A DNA stretch of 64,000 nt from positions 24,580,776-24,644,775 of the forward strand of contig NC_068981.1 in NCBI RefSeq assembly GCF_001194135.2, read 5' to 3'. Below are positions 11,981 to 24,036 of this stretch, piece by piece. The first letter of the stretch is position 1. Each line of letters begins with the position of its first letter. The DNA is from Octopus bimaculoides. Its lineage: Eukaryota. Both the position numbers and the translations under genes were made by a program. Below the pieces are notes generated by a model, which made no database searches, was not told where the DNA came from, and worked only from the letters and a program-made list of their open reading frames with translations.

Positions 11981-12296
11981 TGTGTGTGTATGTGTATGCA
12001 TGCATGTAGTCTTTTCTATTTTGTAATTATTATAAATCTTTCAGTGAGGTGGGAGCCGGTTTCCAACAAAGATACAAGGCTCCATCTTTGGGATGTAGTT
12101 AACACAGACAAATTCACATTGCGAACTTGAGAAAAGTCTTGCATATTTTTACTGTTCCACTCACAGATTGCACTTGTATANNNNNNNNNNNNNNNNNNNN
12201 NNNNNNNNNNNNNNNNNNNNNNNNNNNNNNNNNNNNNNNNNNNNNNNNNNNNNNNNNNNNNNNNNNNNNNNNNNNNNNNNNNNNNNNNNNNNNNNN

Positions 12297-12327
<31 letters not shown>

Positions 12328-12803
12328 TGTGTGTGTATGTGTATGCATGCATGTAGTCTTTTCTATTTTGTAATTATTATAAATCTTTCAGTGAGGTGGG
12401 AGCCGGTTTCCAACAAAGATACAAGGCTCCATCTTTGGGATGTAGTTAACACAGACAAATTCACATTGCGAACTTGAGAAAAGTCTTGCATATTTTTACT
12501 GTTCCACTCACAGATTGCACTTGTATATGTATGTATGTATGTATGTATGTATGCATGCATATATGTGTATATTCTTATATATAAATACGAACCGCATATA
12601 TGTATTCATGTTTGTGTGTATATATATATATATGTATATATGCATATATATGCATATATATACATATATATATATATGCATATATGTGAATATTCATATA
12701 CACACACATACATACATGTGTGTGTATGTGTATATATGCATACAAACATACATATATATATACACACATACATATATTTACGTACGCATACACACATATA
12801 TAT

Positions 12804-12835
<32 letters not shown>

Positions 12836-12914
12836 TGTATGTATGTATGTATGTATGGATATATATGTATATATATATACATATATATATATATTGTTGT
12901 ATTTGGGGATGGTC

Positions 12915-12951
<37 letters not shown>

Positions 12952-13139
12952 AACACGATGTACATACACACCGTTCAAAATACAGCATCTACCCTCCATT
13001 CGTAAGGATTTGAGGATATATATATATGCATGTATATATATATATCATGTGAGATATAGAGAGAAGGAAATAGAAATATTAGCGAGATAGAGAACGGTGG
13101 AAAAGGCGGGTATATAACACGCACATAAATATCTATTTC

Positions 13140-13170
<31 letters not shown>

Positions 13171-13858
13171 GTAGAATTATATCCGTACGTATACTTTAAA
13201 CACACCTGTGTGTGATGTGTGTATGTGTAAAAGTGTGTAGAAGGGGAAAAAAAGTGAGTGAATGAAATATAACGAACGGGGTGTGAGAGAGAGAGAGCAA
13301 ATAAGAAGAAACATGAATGTATGTGTGTGTGTACGTGTGTGTGAAAGTGTGTTTGTGTTTGTGGGAGAGAGGAGGAGGAGAACGAGGACGAGGAGGAGGA
13401 GAAGTGAACGAGAGTGTAAGAGAAACAGAAAGATATAGAGAAAGGAGGTGGAAAAAAGAGTGAAAGTAAAAGAGTGAGATGGTTTATGAGAGAGAGAGAG
13501 GGGGAGAGATCGAGGAAAGAGTATTAGTTCAGAAATGGCTCTCGGTTTATCGGTGGAAATATTCGCTTCTGTAGTTGCTGGAATTATTTCACAAAGACGT
13601 TGGGATGGTAACGGACGACTTGGATTGTACTGTGTACCACGAAAACCTAGTAGCTAAATTAACTGGATTAATTCACCACGCCATATATACATACGTTATA
13701 TATATACGTTATATATATACAATTCATTCACTATATTTATATACATATATATCACATATAAGATATCTTGTATACATCACTTATTCGTAAGTACGAACAC
13801 ATTTTCCTTTTAATTTCTTTCAGTATTTATAAAACTATTTGTTCACATTGTAACATCC

Positions 13859-13908
<50 letters not shown>

Positions 13909-14422
13909 NNNNNNNNNNNNNNNNNNNNNNNNNNNNNNNNNNNNNNNNNNNNNNNNNNNNNNNNNNNNNNNNNNNNNNNNNNNNNNNNNNNNNNNNNNNN
14001 NNNNNNNNNNNNNNNNNNNNNNNNNNNNNNNNNNNNNNNNNNNNNNNNNNNNNNNNNNNNNNNNNNNNNNNNNNNNNNNNNNNNNNNNNNNNNNNNNNNN
14101 NNNNNNNNNNNNNNNNNNNNNNNNNNNNNNNNNNNNNNNNNNNNNNNNNNNNNNNNNNNNNNNNNNNNNNNNNNNNNNNNNNNNNNNNNNNNNNNNNNNN
14201 NNNNNNNNNNNNNNNNNNNNNNNNNNNNNNNNNNNNNNNNNNNNNNNNNNNNNNNNNNNNNNNNNNNNNNNNNNNNNNNNNNNNNNNNNNNNNNNNNNNN
14301 NNNNNNNNNNNNNNNNNNNNNNNNNNNNNNNNNNNNNNNNNNNNNNNNNNNNNNNNNNNNNNNNNNNNNNNNNNNNNNNGGGGGGGGGGAAAGGTTCAGA
14401 TTACATATAGTCCATCTCTACC

Positions 14423-14453
<31 letters not shown>

Positions 14454-14597
14454 CATATACATACATACATGTGTGTGTAATTAATATAAACACACTATAT
14501 ATAAAACTATCTATCAATCACGTTATCTATCTATCTTTCTATTTATCTATCTATCAATCCATCTATCTGTCTATTTATCTATCTATCCATTTATCTT

Positions 14598-14635
<38 letters not shown>

Positions 14636-15497
14636 CGCTTATGTGTGTATATATTACATTTATATATACATATGTCTTATGTGTGTATATATATTGTGTA
14701 TATATATATATATACGTTTACATAGATATGCCTGCGTATGTATGTATGTATATATTATACACACACATATATATACATATATGATGCACAACGTGTTTGT
14801 ATAAAATATAGTACTCTATGTGTGCACACGTATGTATATATGTTTATATAACCATATAGATGTGTTTATAGTTCATGAAAAGATGCATGTGCTGATACGA
14901 TACGCATGTGTAATGTCCTGTTTACGAAAGTAAAGCACGTTGTGTACATATAATTGTATATGTTTATTTTTAGGTCTTGTATAAAGCTCTATGCGTGCAT
15001 GTACACATACACACACACACACACATCTCTTTTTCTCATTCGTTGTGTTACTATCAAATTCTATTTACAATTAGCTACTATCTTTCGTTCGTCGTAATAA
15101 CTATCGTAAACGTGTTTAATATAATATTACTATCTTCATAGAAGCGAGGCGTGTCGTCGAGTTCTTGAAATCCAGTTTCGATTCACGATGTGGTTGGTTG
15201 TTGGCTTGCTAGCTAGCTAGCTCACTTGTTAGTTTAGCTATTAACCTTCCTTCATCCCATTTTTGTTAATATGCAACTGGGGGGAATGCATGAAAGTCAC
15301 CATATCCTTCTTAAAAGTTTAAAGGGGTGAGATGTGGACTAAGCCCTTTATGAATATACTAGGAAAACACTAGGAATTTTACTCCACTGTTTTCTATCTG
15401 TCGTTTACTATTCATCTATCTACCCATCTACCAATCTATCTATCCATTTACCGATTTCTCTCTCTCTCGCTCTATCCATCTATTTACCTCTCTACCG

Positions 15498-15549
<52 letters not shown>

Positions 15550-15770
15550 GGCTGTCTCTCCATCTCTCTATCTCTCTATCTATCTGGCTGTCTCTCCATC
15601 TCTCTCTCTATCTATCTATCTATCCACCTATCTGGCTGTCTCTCCATCTCTCTATGTAGTTATCCATCTATCTTCATCCCATCTCTCACTCTCCATCTAA
15701 TGCTTTTATCTTCATATTCTCTCTCTCTCTCTACCTATCTATCTATCCCGTCCTCCCTCGAAACCACGCA

Positions 15771-15805
<35 letters not shown>

Positions 15806-16035
15806 TCACGTTCACACATGCCATTTCTATCTCCCTCACACACACATACACACACACACACGCGCATGAACACGGATGCTGCCACTTGGTGGTGGTCTGT
15901 GAATATCCTTGGAAGAGGATGCCAACTCATCGCAAACATTTTTCTCACGCAGTAAATTTTTAGCAGGAATTATGCTTAGTGGTAGTCGTGGTAGTAGTGG
16001 TGGCAGTAATAGTTTTATTGATGCTGGTGGTGGTG

Positions 16036-16071
<36 letters not shown>

Positions 16072-16449
16072 TTGGTAATTGCTATTAATGATGATGATAA
16101 TATTTATTTATTGATGATGCTGGCAATGGTGGATCAATCTTTATTTACAAAGCCTGACTGTTTTTTTTTTTATTTTCTATTGTAATCGTGGTGGTGGTCA
16201 CGGATGCTTTTTTTATTATTATTCAAATGACACACAAAACAACTAAAATAAAAACAAAACACTCGGTACTGCAAGAGGAGGGAAAATGCTCAGCTTGCTC
16301 ACTTTTATTCCAACTTTGTTGTATTCCGAGCCAGCGTGACAAGCCGCTACTACGTGTTCGTTTGATCTGCTAGAAATAGCTGTTAATGTTTCCCCCACAT
16401 CACGTTTCGTAGTGTGGTGGTTACTCTAGATAATGTAGAGATTCTCTAT

Positions 16450-16680
16450 ACTCTTTTACTTGTTTCAGTCATTTGACTGCGGCCATGCTGGAGCACCGCC
16501 CTTTAGTCGAGCAAATCGACCTCAGGACTTATTCTTTGTAAGCCTAGTACTTATTCTATCGGTGTCTTTTTGCCGAACCGCTAAGTTACGGGGACGTAAA
16601 CACACCAGCATCGGTTGTCAAGCGATGTTGGGGGGACAAACACAGACAGACAAACATATACACACACATACATATATATA
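16450..16680 (-). mobile_element. SINE family A, 3' half
   Basis: Reverse complement of the family A tail. Confidence 0.9.
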
Positions 16681-17399
16681 TACATATATATTCTATGCAG
16701 GAAAAAGAGAAGAATGTTTTTGATTATAAGTTTTGTTCAATCGGGGCTGACTTATAAACTAAATAACAACTTTGTGTTCAAAAACACTTGTTTATGTGTA
16801 TTTTATGGTGTGTGTGTGTGTTCTGTAATCCTTGATGGTACGGAATCAGATGCAAAGATTTATTGAAATGAAATATAAAATTCTTTGACTGGTAATCGAA
16901 CTCGTGGTTCCGCAGACTTGCCTCACCTCACCTCACCGAATCTTGTAGGCACGAAGGGGGCTTGCTTACAAGACATACTCTTTCTCGGGCTCTCATACAA
17001 AACAAACTTGCACATGAATGTTGGGGATTGTGTGACAGTCATGCTGTTCGAAACTGAATTCAAAATATTAATAATCGATCTGAATTCGAAGGAAGGGCTT
17101 CTCCCATTCAACAATGTTTGTCAGGTTTCTGTCTTTACGCAGTTGCTCGACCTGTTAGGAAGGCAAGTTGCTAATTTCCTTCAGAGCAATCCACAGCTTC
17201 TTTTTCCGTTTTTCTTTTTTATTTATAGGAATGTCCTAATGGATAATGTAGTAATGTAGTCCCAGTTTTCTAAATGACTAGGAAGTAATGATTGAAACGC
17301 TTTGATCAATAAGCCTTGCTTAGTCAAGGAATATGTGACGGGTACCTAATAGTAACAATACACACACACACAGAGTGCAGAATAAGATGTGTTGCAGCC

Positions 17400-18050
17400 T
17401 GGTTTCTTATTTTGCTTCCACGTTTATTAGTGATTCCATTCCAGTTGTGTGTGCTACTAAAGCATTTTTGAGTCAAAAGCGCAATATTATTGCACACCCC
17501 TTCCGTTCACTTCTCTCTCTCTCTCTCTCTCTCTCTCTATTTCTCTCTCTGTCTCTCTCTCTCTTACTGTGGATAAGTTAAAATAGCGGGACCATCGGAT
17601 GATGTATATCGGGATATCCGAAGTGAACACCACCGCCTTCGAAGAGGCGTTGGGTTCGCTTGTAGTTAGTGTTGGCGGGGTTGTGTTTTACTCGACTGAA
17701 AGCATTCCTAAGGGGGCGTTGTGTTGATTTGTTACCTCCCTCTCTTTGAAATTTCCTGTGTCATTATCTTCTGTAGATCGTTGTGTGTGTGTGTGTGACC
17801 TCCCCATCACTTTTCTGGGTGATGCTAAAGGGTTGGGGGATAGGAAGCATTTGGGATCATGTGTACAGCGATAAAGGAAGGGAAAGGAGGAATTTTTTTT
17901 TTTCTGGTCTGAGCAATTGACTTTATTGTATTTACTATATTTCTGGTTATTGTATTATTGAGAGAAGACAGTGTGAACATTTTATATAAGGTGGCGTTGG
18001 CGGTGGTGATGGACATGTGCAGGAAAAAATGTGGGCACGTAGGGAATTCC
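17400..18050. promoter_or_regulatory. Possible promoter/first-exon region at the CpG-rich to CpG-poor boundary
   Basis: Unique CpG-containing sequence with an ETS-like CTTCCG (about 17500) and a minus-strand donor-like CACA|GTAAGA (17562-17567); CpGs drop sharply after about 18050. Inference only. Confidence 0.3.
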
Positions 18051-18061
18051 ATAGAGAAGAA

Positions 18062-18410
18062 ATGATTAGGGATAAATAATTGATCTTTATTTAAGACACA
18101 GTGGATATAAATGATTTATCTTTAGATAAGACACTGTAAGGATAAATAATCCCCAATATTTAAGACAGTGGGTATAAATGATTTAATCTCTATACAAGAT
18201 ACACTTAGCATAAATGATTTATCTCTCTGAATAAGACAGAATAGGTATGAATAATGTATTTTCATACAAGTCAGAAGGGATATAAATATCTCCATATAAG
18301 TCATATAAATAGTTTATCCCTATATAGATACAGTGGGTATAAATAATATATTCTTATACAAGCATCACACTGGGGTATGATTTATTCCTATATAAGACAC
18401 AATGTGTAAA
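18062..18410 (+). repeat. Degenerate minisatellite, about 10 units of 30-37 bp (AAGACACAGTGGGTATAAATGATTTATCTCTATAT)
   Basis: Recurrent AAGAC/AAGAT/AAGTC...ATAAAT(G/A)AT units. Confidence 0.75.
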
Positions 18411-19528
18411 AATTATTGGTTTAGTGTAAGAATTGGAGTATGGGGCATTGTGCTGTTAAGTGGTACACTTTTTGAATGTATCGTCCTCGGTTCGATCCTG
18501 CTGCATAGCAATTTGAGCTAGTGTTTTTTCTGTTTCTTTAAGTTGGCCAATAATTTTCAGAGTGGAATTTGATAGATATAAACTGTGCTTTATATATATT
18601 TATTTGTGCTTGGGTGTCTTTCAATGGAGTAAATATAAGAAAACGGGCGCTTTTCTGATCAAGTCTTTTGCAATCTTTGTTCTTTACCAAGTTGCATATA
18701 CTCAATCTCTTGTTACCCATGCTGTCACAAATGCAGTGAATCAGGTTTCCAACCTCTCTAACCACTAACTTATTCTGTTGTTCATCAATTGTTATGTAAA
18801 ATATGACAGTTGACCAGTAGTTCTTAAGTTTTGTCATTATTAGTTCCTGTTTTATTGTCTGTGGCCAAGATTTTAATCATATTATATCTGAGAATCACTT
18901 CGTTCTGTCACAGTAGGTACACTGGAGGTAGTGTTGATGAATTGACTTGCAAGGCTTGCAATGCATGGTTCAGTTCCTAGCTATCTGAGAGTCAAGTGCC
19001 TTATCCCCATTTTTTGTTTGTTTTCTTCCAGGCTTTACTTAAAAGATGTAAGGCTCTGCTCATAATCCTTTTCAGAAGCCTTGGTGGTTAATGTGAAGAT
19101 AAATGGAAGTTATCTTCAGGCCCGAAGAAGCACTCAGTTGTGTGCTGGTGTTGGTCTCTCATCCTCTGCTTAAATACTAAGGACATTTTAGCCACAGGGG
19201 AGCTTCTATGCAATCACTCGACTTGCTAGAAATGATAGTAAAGCTCTCCCCCAGATTAAAAAAAAATGGTGCATTCAACTAGCTGGAAATGATGGAATGG
19301 CCAATGATTGGAATGCTTTTAATTATAATCCTGCACAATCAGTGTTAACTTACCAAACAATGAGAGAATAGGGACTGAGCAGAAAGTGCTAATATAATGT
19401 GGCAAATATGATTGATGTGAATCAAGACTAATTGTATCAAGGCAACTTAAAGTGTTGAACAAAGTTTTGCGAAATCAAGAACAAGGGAGACAACTGGAAA
19501 TACATTAGATGCATAGTTTTTTTTTTAA

Positions 19529-19690
19529 CCCTTTTGTTACCATATTTCTGTCGAAATACTCTGTAGTAATATAACCTTATAATTTGTATACTGATGTTTG
19601 GGACATCAATTAACATGAAATTTAATTTAAGAACAGAAAGTTTGTATCATAGAACCAGGGGTTATCTCTAGCAGTTTGTTATCGAAAGGG
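19529..19690. mobile_element. piggyBac-type MITE (family M2)
   Basis: TTAA|CCCTTTTGTTACC ... TGTTATCGAAAGGG|TTAA. Confidence 0.75.
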
Positions 19691-20029
19691 TTAAAGTTAC
19701 CAGATACTCTGCTTCCTGGATCACAAATACTGTTGCCCCATTTTCTCCCTTCTATGACTTCTACACTAACCTCTCTCTCTTTGGTCTTGTGTCAGTTCCA
19801 CAAAAAAATGTCTACCTTGACTTGTATACTACGTTGGTCTGCATGACAAAAAAATAGGGTACGTAAATAAGATTGCAATATTTGGCTCCCGAAGGGTCTC
19901 TCAGACCGCTGGATATAACAAACGTAACCTTTGCTCCTGCCCTAACTATTTAAAAACAAAAACAAACAAGAAAAGAATGTCATATTCCATGGACTCTTGT
20001 GACTCAGAATAATGGTTATCTTTAATTTG

Positions 20030-20390
20030 ATTCAGTCATTAGACTGGCCATGCTGGGGCACTGCCTTGAAGAATTTTTAGTTAAATGAATTGACCCCAGT
20101 ACTTATTTTGCTTTAAGCCTAGTACCTATTCTATCAACCTCTGAGCTACACTGATGTAAACACACTAACACAGGTTGTCAATCTGTGGTGGGGAACAAAC
20201 AAAGACTCGCACACAAATACACACACATACATACAACAGGCTTCTGTCAGTTTCTGTCTACCAAATCCACTCACATGGCTTTGGTTAGCCTGGGGCTATA
20301 GAAGAAGACACTTACCCATGATGCCATGCAGTAAGATTGAACCCAGGACCATGTGGTTGGGAAGCAAACTCCTTACCACACAGCCATGCC
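20030..20390 (-). mobile_element. SINE family A, old CpG-decayed copy
   Basis: All family A modules present in reverse. Confidence 0.8.
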
Positions 20391-20585
20391 TGATTTTTTT
20401 TAATGTTTATTTTCACATGCTTTCCCATGCTGGCATAGTTGAAATAAATATATTATTAAAGCCTTATTTTACAGCTGGATGCCTTTCCTGTTGCAAACCC
20501 TTACCTGTTTCAAGTTAGGGATTTCTTATTCCCAAAGGTGGGAAATGACAACAATGTCACAACTTGTAAACACACAAATATGTAC

Positions 20586-20993
20586 TAGCTGTGTGGTAAG
20601 TAGCTTGCTTACCAACCACATGGTTCCGGGTTCATTCCCACTGCGTGGCACCTTGGGCAAGTGTCTTCTACTATAGCCTCGGGCCGACCAAAGCCTTGTG
20701 AGTGGATTTGGTAGATGGAAACTAAAAGAAGCCCGTCGTATCTATGTATATATATATATATAGATATGTATGTTTGTGTATATGTTTGTATGTCTGCGTT
20801 TGTCCCCCCAACATCGCTTGACAACCGATGCTGGTGTGTTTACGTCCCCGTTACTTAGCGGCTCGGCAAAAGAGACCGATAGAATAAGTACTGCGCTTAC
20901 AAAGAATAAGTCCTGGGGTCGATTTGCTCGACTAAAGGCGGTGCTCCAGCATGGCCGCAGTCAAATGACTGAAACAAGTAAAAGAGTAAAGAG
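20586..20993 (+). mobile_element. SINE family A, full-length young copy
   Basis: Close match to 5075-5482 and 41283-41668. Confidence 0.92.
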
Positions 20994-21669
20994 TATCCAC
21001 ATAAACACACCCATACACACACACATGCATGATGGCCTTTCCATTTCTGTCATCCAGCATCACTGATAAGGATTTGGTTGGCTTTAGGGCTACAGTAGAT
21101 GATACTTGCCAAAAGTGCTGCAATGTAAGATTGAACTCGGAACCGTGCGGTTGGGAATCAATTGTTTTAACTGCACAATCATGCCATTACAAAAAACGAT
21201 TTCTTTCTTTATTTTCTTTTTTGTTTGTTTTTTGTCAGCATCTATTTTCTTGTGTTAGTTTAAAAACCTGATAAGACTCCGGAACATGGAATTGTATTGC
21301 ACAGGAAATTATTGTAGTTAATAAATAACATTTCAGTAATGTAATAAAACTTGATAGCAGGGGAGTTGGGGTTGAGGAGAGAGAGAGAGAGAGAGAATAT
21401 TTATAAATAACTTCATTTTTTCCCCTGCTTTTGTATATTTTCTGTTAAATTATGAATAGGTCAGTTGTTGTTATTGTGTCCAAGTCTATAACCATAGGCA
21501 TTCTAGCTATTGCCATTTTATCTTTTTGTATATCCAGGATTACTTTGTTTTTAAGATAACAGGTTGTGATGTTAGAGATGTTTGGCTGCTATTTCTAGCG
21601 GCCACATAGATTTTCCTTGTTGTCTGATGCATAAGTATGTGGAAGGGCTGAGTAGATACAGTATCAGAC

Positions 21670-22025
21670 CAGTGGTTCTCAACCAGTGTCCATATGGCCT
21701 CTGATGGTTCATATAAGATTTTTGGGGGTTCACACAGCAAAATAGTAAATTAGGGATCCGCAATAGTATTTTAAGGACCCTCGAAAAAATTTTGCTTTAG
21801 ATGTGTATATTGGTATGTATTGCAAGAAACAGCTAAGGTTCTTTCTCTAACATTTAACATGGTTTAACCTATACAAGTTAATGTATGAAATACAGAATAC
21901 GAATTTTGAAAGAATATTCTATAAAACTAATTTTTAAACATCGAATGGCTAAGTGGGTTCACCAGAATAAAATAGCAATCAAAGGGGTCTATGGATAAAA
22001 GAAAAAATGGTTGTGAACCCCCCTG
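21670..22025 (+). mobile_element. hAT-type MITE (family H2)
   Basis: TIR CAGTGGTTCTCAACCA / TGGTTGTGAACCCCCCTG; 8-bp TSD TATCAGAC/TATTAGAC; reverse homolog at 48049-48330. Confidence 0.8.
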
Positions 22026-22325
22026 TATTAGACTATTTTCAGCTTCTGTATAGGTTGTGGTTTATTATGGTCATATTTTATTTCTTGGCGTAACCTCAGT
22101 TCATTCATTTAATGACTTTCAAAAACATTTTCTCATGTTCAGAATTGTCAAAGCATGAATTAACTACCCATGTCGGTTGTTAGCTATCAAGACACAGCAT
22201 CCTTCAAAATTTCCATGCTTCCTGAAATTCACCAACCCTACTCCTTATGCACCTGTGTACCCTTACCTCTTTATGGCTATTTTAATAATCACTATTCTCT
22301 CTTTTTCCTGTTTTATGCTGTATAC

Positions 22326-22578
22326 CAAGGGTTTTCAAACTTTTTGACTTTATATTTCAGACTTTACCCCCTTATAAACGCTTATGAAATTTATACATAA
22401 ATATTTGCTTAGAATAACATATATTTTTACATTTATTTATTTAACAGTATTTAACAAATAGGTTTATTGTCAATTAAAAGATTTCGATTAAAAAACATAT
22501 ATAAAATCAAATTGCCCATAAAAAGTATTTGCTATCTATGGACCCCCTGTGGTCCGCGGACCAGTTTGAAAACCCCTG
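22326..22578 (+). mobile_element. hAT-type MITE (family H1)
   Basis: TIR CA(A/G)GGGTTTTCAAACT, perfect 8-bp TSD CTGTATAC. Confidence 0.92.
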
Positions 22579-22689
22579 CTGTATACTATACATGTACTTT
22601 TCGCTATCATTATTGTCTTTTTTAAAAATTTATTCCTGCTTTCTGTCCCCTCTTTTACCCTTTTCCAATGGGATGTAGTGTACCTAAGC

Positions 22690-24003
22690 ACTTAGCATGC
22701 CATGTGAAATGCTTAACGTCATTTTGTCCAGCTTTACATTCTGAGTTCAAATTTTGCCAAGGTTGACTTTGCCTTTCATCCTTTCAGGGTCGATAAATTA
22801 AGTACCAGTGAAACACGGGGGTCAATGTAATCAACTTGTCCCCTTCCCCCAAATTTCAGTCCTTATGCCTTTAGTAGAAAGGATTATCATTATTATTATT
22901 TTTAAGCATTCGATAGGGTAGACCACCAGTACCTGGGGGCTGTCCTCGAGGCGGCTGGGCTAGGCCCTGGCTTTCGTGAGTGGATCTCTGCTATGTATAG
23001 CGGCATCAAGTCCACCGTCCAGATAAACGGTTACCAAACGGAGCCGTTTTCGATCAGGCGGTCTGTTCGTCAAGGGTATCCCTTGTCTTCGATTCTGTAT
23101 GTATTGGCCCATGCTAGCATGGAAAGCGGACGTTAAACAATGATGATGATAAGGTGATGAACTGGCAAAATTGTTAGCATACTGAGCAAAATGCTTAACA
23201 GAATTTCATCTTAGAAAATTACCATTTTCAAATCTCACAACGTGAGATATTCAGCAACAGTGCTTTGTAGTAAAGATTGTTTGCCAAATTTGCCAAAAGG
23301 TAATTTTCTAATTTATAAATCAGTGACTAGTTATCACTTTGAAAACTATATATTTTGAACAGGAATTTGGCAGCACCACCTCTAGCTGAGCAATTATTCT
23401 GTGCTAATGAAGGGAAATAACCCAGAAATCGTGATACACAGATGTTGTTTTGAGCTGAGTGGGGGTGCTAGATTCCCTTGTTTGAAAACATAAAGACACA
23501 GATCATGTCGTGCAGCCAGCTGGAAATGATGTCTCCTGGGGCTAAATTACAGCAACATTAGTCCTAAACCAGGACTGCCATGTTATGTTGGCAAATGATC
23601 TTTACTACAGAATTTCATCTGTCTTCATGCACTGAGTTCAAATTCTGCAAGAGCCAACTTTGTCTTTCATCCTTTTTGGAATCAATAAAATAAATACCAG
23701 TTGAAGACTTGGGTGGGGTGGGGTTGATGTGATTGACTTACCCTTGTCCCCGAAATTGCTGGCATCGTGCCAAAATTTGAAACCATTTTAATAATAATGA
23801 TAATAATAGTGATAATTATTATTAGTTATAGTAAAGTTGTTAGCATGCTGGTGAAAATGTTTAATGGAATTTCGTCTGTCTTTGCATTCTGATGTCAGAC
23901 ACTGCTGAAGTCACCTTTGCCTTTCATCCTTTTGGAGTTGATAAAATAAGCAACATAATCCCTTCTGAGGAATTGCTGGTCTTGTGGTGCCAGAATTTGA
24001 AAC

Positions 24004-24036
<33 letters not shown>

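Noticed and set aside
26-15000. Long ORF-track entries (poly-YI, CV, SL, X runs)
   Set aside because: Translations of microsatellites and N gaps; the same applies across the window
16979-17042. Minus-strand MTVTQSPTFMCKFVLYESPRK|GTATGT, weakly like the FIG4 N-terminus (KLVLYET)
   Set aside because: Match too short and no downstream FIG4-like exon found
18538-18837. 99-aa minus-strand ORF in unique sequence
   Set aside because: No recognisable domain or splice support
19032-19047. 16-nt plus-strand micro-exon candidate; similar candidates at 27965-28033 (-), 33974-33995 (+) and 58181-58265 (+)
   Set aside because: Splice-like motifs are frequent in T-rich DNA, strands are inconsistent and peptides are unrecognised; RNA-seq is needed
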